64,000 nucleotides of DNA. It comes from Eledone cirrhosa. Its lineage: Eukaryota. A program made the position numbers and the translations under genes. The notes below the pieces were generated by a model. That model saw only the letters and a list, made by a program, of their open reading frames with translations. It was not told the origin of the DNA and searched no databases. Of the stretch, positions 10,820-23,200 are shown piece by piece. The stretch's first letter is position 1, and each line of letters starts with the position of its first letter. Location: the NCBI GenBank assembly GCA_964016885.1, contig OZ024744.1, positions 16,306,001 through 16,370,000 of the forward strand, in the 5' to 3' direction.

Positions 10820-13800
10820 TATGAAGGAAGTTGGAGAAGGAAAATATGAAGGATGTTGGAGAAGGATAATATGAAAGAAGTTGGAGAAGGAGAGTATGAA
10901 GGAAGTTGGAGTTGGAGAGTATGAAGGAAGTTGGAGAAGGAGAGTATGAAGGAAGTTGGAGAAGGAGAGTATGAAGGAAGTTGGAGAAGGAGCGTATGAA
11001 GGAAGTTGGAGAAGGAGATTATGAAGGAAGTTGGAGAAGGAGAGTATGAAGGAAGTTGGAGAAGGAGCGTATGAAGGAAGTTGGAGAAGGGGAGTATGAA
11101 GGAAGTTGAAGGAAGAAAATATGAAGGGAGTTGCAGGAGGAAAATATGAAGGATGTTGGAGAAGGATAACATGAAAGAAGTTGGAGAAGGAGAGTATGAA
11201 GAAAGTTGAATAAGGAGAATATGAAGGAAGTTGGAGAAGGAGAGTATGAAGGAAGTTGGAAAAGGAGAATATGAAGGAAGTTGGGGAAGAAGGTATGAAG
11301 GAAGTTGGAGAAGGAGAGTATGAAGGAAGTTGGAGAAGGAGAGTATGAAGGAAGTTGGAGAAGGAGAGTATGAAGGAAGTTGAAGAAGGAGAATAAGAAG
11401 GAATTTGGAGAAGGAGAGTATGAAGGAAGTTGAAGGAGGAGAATATGAAGGAAGTTGAAGAAGGAGAATCTGAAGGAAGTTGGAGGAGAGTATGAAGGAA
11501 GTTGGAGAAAGAGAGTATGAAGGAAGTTGAAGGAGGAGTATATGAACGAAGTTGGAGATGGAGAATATGAAGAAAGTTGAAGTAGGAGAATATGAAGTAA
11601 GTTGAAGAAGGAGAATCAGAAGGAAGTTGGAGAAGGAGAATATGAAGGAAGTTGGAGGAGGAGAGTATGAAGGAAGTTGGAGAAGGAGAGTATGAAGGAG
11701 GTTGGAGAAGGAGAATATGAAGGAAGTTGGAGAAGGAGAGTATGAAGGAAGTTGGAGGAGGAGAGTATGAAGGAAGTTGGAGAAGAAGAATCTGACGGAC
11801 GTTGGAGAAGGAGAGTAGGAAAGAAGTTGGAGAAGGATAATATGAAGGAAGTTGGATAAGGAGAATATGAAGGAAGTTGAAGGAGGAGAATATTAAAGAA
11901 GTTGGAAAAGGAGAGTATGAAGGAAGTTGGAGAAAGAGAATCTGAAGGAAGTTGGAGAAGGAGAGTATGAAGGAAGTTGGAGAAGGAGAGTATGAAGGAA
12001 GTTGGAGAAGGAGATTATGAAGGAAGTTGGAGAAGGCGAGTATGAAGGAAGTTGGAGAAGGAGCGTATGATGGAAGTTGGAGAAGGAGATTATGAAGGAA
12101 GTTGAATAAGGAGAATATGAAGGAAGTTGGAGAAGGAGAGTATGAAGGAAGTTGGAGAAGGAGAGTATGAAGGGGGCTGGAGGAGGAGAATATGAAGGAA
12201 ATTGGAGAAGGAGAGTATGAAGGAAGTTGGAGAAGTAGAATATGAAGGAAGTTGGGGAAGAAGGTATGAAGGAAGTTGGAGAAGGAGAGTCTGAAGGAAG
12301 TTGGAGATGGAGAGTATGAAGGAAGTTGAAGAAGGAGAGTATGAAGGAAGTTGGAGAAGTAGAGTATGAAGGAAGTTGGAGATGGAGTGTATGAAAGAAG
12401 TTGAATAAGGAGAATATCAAGGAAGTTGAAGAAGGAGAATATGAAGGAAGTTGGAGAAGGAGAGTATGAAGGAAGTTGAAGGAGAAGAATATGAAGGAAG
12501 TTGAAGGAGGAGAATATCAAGGAAGTTGGAGAAGGAGAGTGTGATTGAAGTTGGAGAAGAAGAGTATGAAGGAAGTTGGAGAAGGAGAATATGAAGGAAG
12601 TTGGAGATGGAGAATATGAAGGAAGTTGGAGAAGGATAATATGAAGGAAGTTGGAGAAGGAGTGTATGAAGGAAGTTGGAGAAGGAGAATATGAAGGAAG
12701 TTGAAGGAGGAGAATATGAAGGAAGTTGAAGAAGGAGAACATGAAGGAAGTTGGAGAAGGAGAGTATGAAGGAAGTTGAAGGAAGAAAATATGAAGGAAG
12801 TTGGAGAAGGAGAGTATGAAGGAAGTTGGAGAAGGAGAATATGAAGGAAGTTGAAGAAGGAGAATATGAAGGAAGTTGCAGAAGGATAATATGAAGGAAG
12901 TTGGAGAAGGAGAGTATGAAGGAAGTTGGAGAAGGCGAGTATGAAGGAAATGGGAGAAGGAGAGTATGAAGGAGGTTGGAGGAGGAGAGTATGAAGGAAG
13001 TTGGAGAAGCAGAATATGAAGGAAATTGGAGAAGGAGCGTATGAAGGAAGTTGGAGAAAAAGAATATGAAGGAAGTTGTGGAAGAAGGTATGAAGGAAGT
13101 TGGAGAAGGAGAGTATGAAGAAAGTTGGAGAAGGAGAGTATGAAGGAAGTTGAAGGAAGAAAATATGAAGGAAGTTGGAGGAGGAGAATATGAAGGAAGT
13201 TGTAAAAGGAGAATATGAAGGAAGTTGGAGAAGGAAAATATGAAGGATGTTGGAGAAGGATAATATGAAAGAAGTTGGAGAAGGAGAGTATGAAGGAAGT
13301 TGGAGTTGGAGAGTATGAAGGAAGTTGGAGAAGGAGATTATGAAGGAAGTTGGAGAAGGAGAGTATGAAGGAAGTTGGAGAAGGAGAGTATGAAGGAAGT
13401 TGGAGAAGGAGCGTATGAAGGAAGTTGGAGAAGGAGATTATGAAGGAAGTTGGAGAAGGAGAGTATGAAGGAAGTTGGAGAAGGAGGGTATGAAGGAAGT
13501 TGGAGAAGGGGAGTATGAAGGAAGTTGAAGGAAGAAAATATGAAGGGAGATGGAGGAGGAGAATATGAAGGAATTTGGAGAAGGAAAATATGAAGGATGT
13601 TGGAGAAGGATAATATGAAAGAAGTTGGAGAAGGAGAGTATGAAGAAAGTTGAATAAGGAGAATATGAAGGAAGTTGGAGAAGGAGAGTATGAAGGAGGT
13701 TGGAGAAGGAGAGTATGAAGGAAGTTGGAGAAGGAGAGTATGAAGGAAGTTGAGGAAGGAGAATAAGAAGGAAGTTGGAGAAGGAAGTTGAAGGAGGAGA

Positions 13801-14885
13801 ATATGAAGGAAGTTGAAGAAGGAGAATCTGAAGGAAGTTGGAGAAAGAGAGTATGAAGGAAGTTGAAGGAGGAGAATATGAAGGAAGCTGAAGGAGGAGA
13901 ATATGAACGAATTTGGAGAAGGTGAGTATGAAGGAAGTTGGAGAATGAGAATCTGAAGGAAGTTGGAGAAGGAGAGTATGAAGGAAGTTGAAGGAGAAGA
14001 ATATGAAGGAAGTTGAAGAAAGAGAATCTGAAGGAAGTTGGAGAAGGAGAGTATGAAGGAAGTTGAAGAAGGAGAATCTGAAGGAAGTTGGAGAAGGAGA
14101 GTATGAAGGAAGTTGGGGGAGGAGAATATGAAGGAAGTTGAAGGAGGAGAATATGAACGAAGTTGAAGAAGGAGAATATGAAGGAAGTTGAAGGAGGAGA
14201 ATATGAAGGAAGTTGAAGAAGGAGAATCAGAAGGAAGTTGGAGAAGGAGAGAATGAAGGAAGTTGAAGAAGGAGAATCTGAAAGAAGTTGGAGAAGGAGA
14301 GTATGAAGGAAGTTGGAGAAGGAGAATCTGAAGGAAGTTGGAGAAGGAGAGTATGAAGGAAGTTGAAGGTGAAGTATATGAAGGAAGTTGAAGAAGGAGA
14401 ATCTGAAGGAAGTTGGAGAAAAAGAGTATGAAGGAAGTTGGGGAAGAAGGTATGAAGGAAGTTGGAGAAGAAGAATATGAAGGAAGTTGGGGAAGAAGGT
14501 ATGAAGGAAGTTGAAGAAGGAAAATATGAAAGAAGTTGGAGAAGGAGAGTATGCAGGAAGTTAGAGAAGGAGAGTATGAAGGAAGTTGGGGAAGAAGGTA
14601 TGAAGGAAGTTGGAGAAGGAGAGTCTGAAGGAAGTTGGAGATGGAGAGTATGAAGGAAGTTGAAGAAAGAGAGTATGAAGGAAGTTGGAGAAGTAGAGTA
14701 TGAGGGAAGTTGGAGATGGAGAGTATGAAGGAAGTTGAATAAGGAGAATATCAAGGAAGTTGGAAAAGGAGAGTGTGGTTGAAGTTGGAGAAGAAGAGTA
14801 TGAAGGAAGTTGGAGAAGGAGAATATGAAGGAAGTTGGAAAAGGAGAGTATGAAGGAGGTTGGAGGAGGAGAGTATGAAGGAAGT
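10820..14885 (+). repeat. ~4.1-kb segmental duplication, copy 2 (partner ~76-4165)
   Basis: Same ordered rare variants as 76-4165. ORF-track starts 1776/12420 and 2098/12742 both differ by 10644. Confidence 0.9.
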
Positions 14886-17800
14886 TGGAGATGGAGAATA
14901 TGAAGGAAGATGGAGAAGGAAAATATGAAGGATGTTGGAGAAGGAGAGTATGAAGGAAGTTGTAGAAGGAGAGGATGAAGGAAGTTGGAGAAGGAGATTA
15001 TGAAGGAAGTTGGAGAAGGAAAGTATGAAGGAAGTTGGAGAAGGAGAGTATGAAGGAAGTTGGAGAAGGAGATTATGTAGGAAGTTGGAGAAGGAGAGTA
15101 TGAAGGAAGTTGGAGAAGGAGCGTATGATGGAAGTTGGAGAAGGAGATTATGAAGGAAGTTGAATAAGGAGAATATGAAGGAAGTTGGAGAAGGAGAGTA
15201 TGAAGGAAGTTGGAGAATGAGAGTATGAAGGGGGCTGGAGGAGGAGAATATGAAGGAAGTTGAAGGAGAAGGAGAGTATGAAGGAAGTTGGAGAAGTAGA
15301 ATATGAAGGAAGTTGGGGAAGAAGGTATGAAGGAAGTTGGAGAAGGAGAGTCTGAAGGAAGTTGGAGATGGAGAGTATGAAGGAAGTTGACGAAGGAGAG
15401 TATGAAGGAGGTTGGAGGAGGAGAGTATGAAGGAAGTTAGAGAAGGAGAATATGAAGGAAGTTGGAGAAGGAGAGTATGAAGTAAGTTGGAGAAAAAGAA
15501 TATGAAGGAAGGTGTGGAAGAAGGTATGAAGGAAGTTGGAGAAGGAGAGTATGAAGAGAGTTGGAGAAGGAGAGTATGAAGGAAGTTGGAGAAGGAGAGT
15601 ATGAAGGAAGTTGAAGAAGGAGAATATGAAGGAAGTTGGAGAAGGAGAGTATGAAGGAAGTTGGAGAAGGAGAGTATGAAGGAAGTTGAAGGAAGAGAAT
15701 ATGAAGGAAGTTGAAGAAGGAGAATATGAAGGAAGTTGAAGAAGGAGAGTATGAAGGAAGTTGAAGGAAGAAAATATGAAGGAAGTTGGAGAAGGAGAGT
15801 ATGAAGGAAGTTGGGGAAGAATGTATTAAGGAAGTTGGAGAAGGAGAGTATGAAGGATGTTGGAGAAGGAGAGTATGAAGGAAGTTGGAGAAGGAGAGTT
15901 TGAAGGAAGTTGAAGAAGGAGAATATGAAGGAAGTTGGAGAAGGAGAGTATGAAGGAAGTTGAAGGAGGAGAACATGAAGGAATTTGAAGAAGGAGAATC
16001 TGAAGGAAGTTGGAGAAGGAGAGTATGAAGGAAGTTGAAGGAGGAGAATATGAAGGAAGTTGAAGGAGGAGAATATGAACGAATTTGGAGAAGGAGAGTA
16101 TGAAGGAAGTTGGAGAATGAGAATCTGAAGGAAGTTGGAGAAGGAGAGTATGAAGGAAGTTGGAGAAGGAGAATCTGAAGGAAGTTGGAGAAGGAGAGTA
16201 TGAAGGAAGTTGGAGAAGTAGAGTATGAAGAAAGTTGGAGAAGGAGAATAGGAATGAAGTTGTGGAAGAAGGTATGAAAGAAGTTGGAGAAGGAGATAAT
16301 GAAGGAAGTTGAAGGAGGAGAATATGAAGGAAGTTGAAGAAGGAAAATATGAAAGAAGTTGGAGAAGGAGAGTATGCAGGAAGTTGGAGAAGGAGAATAT
16401 GAAGGAAGTTGGAAAAGGAGAGTATGAAGGAGGTTGGAGGAGGAGAGTATGAAGGAAGTTGGAGAAGAAGAGTATGAAGGAAGTTGAAGGAAGAAAATAT
16501 GAAGGAAGTTGGAGGAGGAGAATATGAAGGAAGTTGGAGAAGGAGAATATGAAGGAAGTTGAAGAAGGAGAGTATGAAGGAATTTGGAGAAGGAGAGTAT
16601 GAAGGATGTTGAAGGAAGAAAATATGAAGGAAGTTGGAGAAGGAGAGTATGAAGGAAGTTGGGGAAGGAGAGTATGAAGGAAGTTGGAGAAGGAGAGTAT
16701 GAAGGAAGTTGGAGAAGGAGAGTATGAAGGAAGTTGAAGAAGGAGAATATGAAGGAAGTTGGAGAAGGAGAGTATGAAGGAAGTTGAAGGAGGAGAAGAT
16801 GAAGGAAGTTGAAGGAGGAGAATATGAACGAATTTGGAGAAGGAGAGTATGAAGGAAGTTGGAGAATGAGAATCTGAAGGAAGTTGGAGAAGGAGAGTAT
16901 GAAGGAAGTTGGAGAAGGAGAATCTGAAGGAAGTTGGAGAAGGAGAGTATGAAGGAAGTTGAAGAAGGAGAATCTGAAGGAAGTTGGAGAAGGAGAGTAT
17001 GAAGGAAGTTGGGGGAGGAGAATATGAAGGAAGTTGAAGGAGGAGAATATGAACGAAGTTGAAGAAGGAGAATATGAAGGAAGTTGAAGGGGGAGAATAT
17101 GAAGGAAGTTGAAGAAGGAGAATCAGAAGGAAGTTGGAGAAGGAGAGAATGAAGGAAGTTGAAGAAGGAGAATCTGAAAGATGTTGGAGAAGGAGAGTAC
17201 TAAGGAAGTTGGAGAAGGAGAATCTGAAGGAAGTTGGAGAAGGAGAGCATGAAGGAAGTTGGAGAAAGAGAGTATGAAGGAAGTTGAAGAAGGAGAATCT
17301 GAAGGAAGTTGGAAAAGGAGAGTATGAAGGAAGTTGGAGAAGGAGAATATGAAGGAAGTTGGAGAAGGAGAATCTGAAGGAAGTTGGAGATGGAGAGTAT
17401 GGAGGAAGTTAGAGAAGGAGAATATGAAGGAAATTGAAGGAAGAGAATATGAACGAAGTTGGAGAAGGAGAATATGAAGGAAGTTGAAGGAGGAGAATAT
17501 GAAGGAAGTTGAAGAAGGAGAATCAGAAGGAAGTTGGAGAAGGAGAGTATGAAGGAAGTTGAAGAAGGAGAATCTGAAAGAAGTTGAAGGAGAATCTGAA
17601 GGAAGTTGGAGAAGGAGAGTATGAAGGAAGTTGAAGAAGGAGAATCTGAAGGAAGTTGGAGATGGAGAGTATGGAGGAAGTTAGAGAAGGAGAATATGAA
17701 GGAAATTGAAGGAAGAGAATATGAATGAAGTTGGAGAAGGAGAATATGAAGGAAGTTGAAGGAGGAGAATATGAAGGAAGTTGAAGAAGGAGAATCAGAA

Positions 17801-20299
17801 GGAAGTTGGAGAAGGAGAGTATGAAGGAAGTTGAAGAAGGAGAATCTGAAAGAAGTTGGAGAAGGAGAGTATGAAGGAAGTTGGAGATGGAAAATCTGAA
17901 GGAAGTTGGAGAAAGAGAGTATGAAGGAATTTGAAGGAGAAGAATATGAAGGAAGTTGAAGAAGGAGAATCTGAAGGAAGTTGGAGAAGGAGAGCATGAA
18001 TGAAGTTGAAGAAGGAGAATCTGAAGGAAGTTGGAGAAAGAGAGTATGAAGGAAGTTGAAGGAGTATATGAACGAATGTGGAGATGGAGAATATGAAGAA
18101 AGTTGAAGTAGGAGAATATGAAGTAAGTTGAAGAAGGAGAATCAGCAGAAGGAAGTTGGAGAAGGAGAGTATGAAGGAAGTTGGAGAAGGAGAATATGAA
18201 GTACGTTGAAGAAGGAGAATCAGAAGGAAGTTGGAGAAGGAGAGTATGAAGGAAGTTGGAGAAGGAGAGTATGAAGGAAGTTGGAGAAGGAGAGTATGAA
18301 GGAAGTTGAAGAAGGAGAATATGAAGGAAGTTGGAGAAGGAGAGTATGAAGGAAGTTGGAGAAGGAGAGTATGAAGGAAGTTGAAGGAAGAGAATATGAA
18401 GGAAGTTTAAGAAGGAGAATGTGAAGGAAGTTGAAGAAGGAGAGTATGAAGGAAGTTGAAGGAAGAAAATATGAAGGAATTTGGAGGAGGAGAATATGAT
18501 GGAAGTTGGAGAAGGAGAATATGAAGGAAGTTGAAGAAGGAGAGTATGAAGGAATTTGGAGAAGAAGAGTATGAAGGAAGTTGAAGGAAGAAAATATCAA
18601 GGAAGTTGGAGAAGGAGAGTATGAAGGAAGTTGGGGAAGGAGAGTATGAAGGAAGTTGGAGAAGGAGAGTATGAAGGAAGTTGGAGAAGGAGAGTATGAA
18701 GGAAGTTGGAGAAGGAGAGTATGAAGGAAGTTGAAGAAGGAGAATATGAAGGAAGTTGGAGAAGAAGAGTATGAAGGAAGTTGAAGGAGGAGAACATGAA
18801 GGAAGTTGAAGGAGGAGAATATGAACGAATTTGGAGAAGGAGAGTATGAAGGAAGTTGGAGAATGAGAATCTGAAGGAAGTTGGAGAAGGAGAGTATGAA
18901 GGAAGTTGTCGAAGGAGAATCTGAAAGAAGTTGGAGAAGGAGAGTATGAAGGAAGTTGAAGAAGGCGAATCTGAAGGAAGTTGGAGAAGGAGAGTATGAA
19001 GGAAGTTGGGGGAGGAGAATATGAAGGAAGTTGAAGGAGGAGAATATGAACGAAGTTGAAGAAGGAGAATATGAAGGAAGTTGAAGGGGGAGAATATGAA
19101 GGAAGTTGAAGAAGGAGAATCAGAAGGAAGTTGGAGGAGGAGAGAATGAAGGAAGTTGAAGAAGGAGAATCTGAAAGATGTTGGAGAAGGAGAGTAGTAA
19201 GGAAGTTGGAGAAGGAGAATCTGAAGGAAGTTGGAGAAGGAGAGTATGAAGGAAGTTGAAGGAGGAGAATATGAAGGAAGTTGAAGGAGGAGAATATGAA
19301 CGAAGTTGAAGAAGGAGAATATGAAGGAAGTTGAAGGAGAAGTATATGAAGGAAGTTGAAGAAGGAGAATCTGAAGGAAGTTGGAGAAAGAGAGTATGAA
19401 GGAAGTTGAAGAAGGAGAATCTGAAGGAAGTTGGAAAAGGAGAGTATTAAGGAAGTTGGAGAAGGAGAATATGAAGGAAGTTGGAGAAGGAGAGTATGAA
19501 GGAAGTTGAAGAAGGAAAATCTGAAGGAAGTTGGAGGAGAGTATGAAGGAAGTTGGAGAAGGAGAATATGAAGGAAGTTGAAGAAGGAGAATATAAACGA
19601 ATTTGGAGAAGGAGAGTATGAAGGAAGTTGGAGAATGAGAATCTGAAGAAAGTTGGAGAAGGAGAGTATGAAGGAAGTTGGAGAAGAAGAATCTGAAGGA
19701 AGTTGGAGAAGGAGAGTATGAAGGAAGTTGAAGAAGGAGAATCTGAAGGAAGTTGGAGAAGGAGAGTATGAAGGAAGTTGGGGAGGAGAATATGAAGGAA
19801 GTTGAAGGAGGAGAATATGAACGAAGTTGAAGAAGGAGAATATGAAGGAAGTTGAAGGGGGAGAATATGAAGGAAGTTGAAGAAGGAGAATCAGAAGGAA
19901 GTTGGAGAAGGAGAGAATGAAGGAAGTTGAAGAAGGAGAATCTGAAAGATGTTGGAGAAGGAGAGTACTAAGGAAGTTGGAGAAGGAGAATCTGAAGGAA
20001 GTTGGAGAAGGAGAGTATGAAGGAAGTTGAAGGAGAAGTATATGAAGGAAGTTGAAGAAGGAGAATCTGAAGGAAGTTGGAGAAAGAGAGTATGAAGGAA
20101 GTTGAAGAAGGAGAATCTGAAGGAAGTTGGAAAAGGAGAGTATGAAGGAAGTTGGAGAAGGAGAATATGAAGGAAGTTGGAGAAGGAGAGTATGAAGGAA
20201 GTTGAAGAAGGAAAATCTGAAGGAAGTTGGAGGAGAGTATGAAGGAAGTTGGAGAAGGAGAATATGAAGGAAGTTGAAGAATGAGAATATAAACGAATT

Positions 20300-23200
20300 T
20301 GGAGAAGGAGAGTATGAAGGAAGTTGGAGATGGAAAATCTGAAGGAAGTTGGAGAAAGAGAGTATGAAGGAATTTGAAGGAGAAGAATATGAAGGAAGTT
20401 GAAGAAGGAGAATCTGAAGGAAGTTGGAGAAGGAGAGCATGAATGAAGTTGAAGAAGGAGAATCTGAAGGAAGTTGGAGAAGGAGAGTATGAAGGAAGTT
20501 GGGGGAGGAGAATATGAAGGAAGTTGAAGGAGGAGAATATGAACGAATTTGAAGAAGGAGAATATGAAGGAAGTTGAAGGGGGAGAATATGAAGGAAGTT
20601 GAAGAAGGAGAATCAGAAGGAAGTTGGAGAAGGAGAGAATGAAGGAAGTTGAAGAAGGAGAATCTGAAAGATGTTGGAGAAGGAGAGTACTAAGGAAGTT
20701 GGAGAAGGAGAATCTGAAGGAAGTTGGAGAAGGAGAGTATGAAGGAAGTTGAAGGAGAAGAATATGAAGGAAGTTGAAGAAGGAGAATCTGAAGGAAGTT
20801 GGAGAAAGAGAGTATGAAGGAAGTTGAAGAAGGAGAATCTGAAGGAAGTTGGAAAAGGAGAGTATGAAGGAAGTTGGAGAAGGAGAATATGAAGGAAGTT
20901 GGAGAAGGAGAGTATGAAGGAAGTTGAAGAAGGAAAATCTGAAGGAAGTTGGAGGAGAGTATGAAGGAAGTTGGAGAAGGAGAATATGAAGGAAGTTGAA
21001 GAAGGAGAATATAAACGAATTTGGAGAAGGAGAGTATGAAGGAAGTTGGAGAAGGAGACTCTGAAGGAAGTTGGAGAAGGAGAGTATGAAGGAAGTTGAA
21101 GGAGAAGAATATGAAGGAAGTTGAAGGAGAATCTGATGGAAGTTGGAGAAGGAGAGTATGAAGGAAGTTGAAGAAGGAGAATCTGAAGGAAGTTGGAGAT
21201 GGAGAGTATGGAGGAAGTTAGAGAAGGAGAATATGAAGGAAATTGAAGGAAGAGAATATGAACGAAGTTGGAGAAGGAGAATATGAAGGAAGTTGAAGGA
21301 GGAGAATATGAAGGAAGTTGAAGAAGGAGAATCAGAAGGAAGTTGGAGAAGGAGAGTATGAAGGAAGTTGAAGAAGGAGAATCTGAAAGAAGTTGGAGAA
21401 GGAGAGTATGCAGGAAGTTAGAAAAGGAGAGTATGAAGGAAGTTGGAGATGGAGAGTATGAAAGAAGTTGAATAAGGAGAATATCAAGGAAGTTGGAGAA
21501 GGAGAGTGTGATTGAAGTTGGAGAAGGAGAGTATGTAGGAAGTTGGAGATGGAAAATCTGAAGGAAGTTGGAGAAAGAGAGTATGAAGGAATTTGAAGGA
21601 GAAGAATATGAACAAAGTTGAAGAAGGAGAATCTGAAGGAAGTTGGAGAAGGAGAGCATGAATGAAGTTGAAGAAGGAGAATCTGAAGGAAGTTGGAGAA
21701 AGAGAGTATGAAGGAAGTTGAAGGAGTATATGAACGAAGTTGGAGATGGAGAATATGAAGAAAGTTGAAGTAGGAGAATATGAAGTAAGTTGAAGAAGGA
21801 GAATCAGCAGAAGGAAGTTGGAGAAGGAGAGTATGAAGGAAGTTGGAGAAGGAGAATATGAAGTAAGTTGAAGAAGGAGAATCAGAAGGAAGTTGGAGAA
21901 GGAGAGTATGAAGGAAGTTGGAGAAGGGGAGTATGAAGGAAGTTGGAGAAGGAGAGTATGAAGGAGGTTGGAGGAGGAGAGTATGAAGGAAGTTAGAGAA
22001 GGAGAATATGAAGGACGTTGGAGAAGGAGAGTATGAAGTAAGTTGGAGAAAAAGAATATGAAGGAAGGTGTGGAAGAAGGTATGAAGGAAGTTGGAGAAG
22101 GAGAGCATGAAGAGAGTTGGAGAAGGAGAGTATGAAGGAAGTTGGAGAAGGAGAGTATGAAGGAAGTTGAAGAAGGAGAATATGAAGGAAGTTGGAGAAG
22201 GAGAGTATGAAGGAAGTTGAAGAAGGAGAATATGAAGGAAGTTGAAGAAGGAGAGTATGAAGGAAGTTGAAGGAAGAAAATATGAAGGAAGTTGGAGAAG
22301 GAGAGTATGAAGGAAGTTGGGGAAGAATGTATTAAGGAAGTTGGAGAAGGAGAGTATGAAGGATGTTGGAGAAGGAGAGTATGAAGGAAGTTGGAGAAGG
22401 AGAGTTTGAAGGAAGTTGAAGAAGGAGAATCTGAAGGAAGTTGGAGAAGGAGAGTATGAAGGAAGTTGAAGGAGGAGAATATGAAGGAAGTTGAAGGAGG
22501 AGAATATGAACGAATTTGGAGAAGGAGAGTATGAAGGAAGTTGGAGAATGAGAATCTGAAGGAAGTTGGAGAAGGAGAGTATGAAGGAAGTTGGAGAAGG
22601 AGAATCTGAAGGAAGTTGGAGAAGGAGTGTATGAAGGAAGTTGGAGAAGTAGAGTATGAAGAAAGTTGGAGAAGGAGAATAGGAATGAAGTTGAGGAAGA
22701 AGGTATGAAAGAAGTTGGAGAAGGAGATAATGAAGGAAGTTGAAGGAGGAGAATATGAAGGAAGTTGAAGAACGAAAATATGAAAGAAGTTGGAGAAGGA
22801 GAGTATGCAGGAAGTTAGAGAAGGAGAGTATGAAGGAAGTTGGAGATGGAGAGTATGAAAGAAGTTGAGTCAGGAGAATATCAAGCAAGTTGGAGAAGGA
22901 GAGTGTGATTGAAGTTGGAGAAGGAGAGTATGAAGGAAGTTGGAGAAGGAGAATAGGAAGGAAGTTGGAAAAGGAGAGTATGAAGGAGGTTGGAGGAGGA
23001 GAGTATGAAGGAAGTTGGAGATGGAGAATATGAAGGAAGTTGTAGAAGGATAATATGAGGGAAGTTGGAGAAGGAGAATATGAAGGAAGTTGAAGAAGGA
23101 GAGTATGAAGGAATTTGGAGAAGGAGAGCATGAAGGATGTTGAAGGAAGAAAATATGAAGGAAGTTGGAGAAGGAGAGTATGAAGGAAGTTGGGGAAGGA

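Larger units (their letters stand above)
1..15400 (+). repeat. Satellite sub-domain A, marked by GAGATTATGA and GAGCGTATGA junction variants
   Basis: GAGATTATGA (e.g. 271, ~1367, ~5721, ~15144) and GAGCGTATGA (e.g. 246, 321, ~15119) recur here and are essentially absent downstream, apart from an isolated GAGCGTATG near 56800. The CAG-insertion 28-mer is absent. Boundary approximate. Confidence 0.7.
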
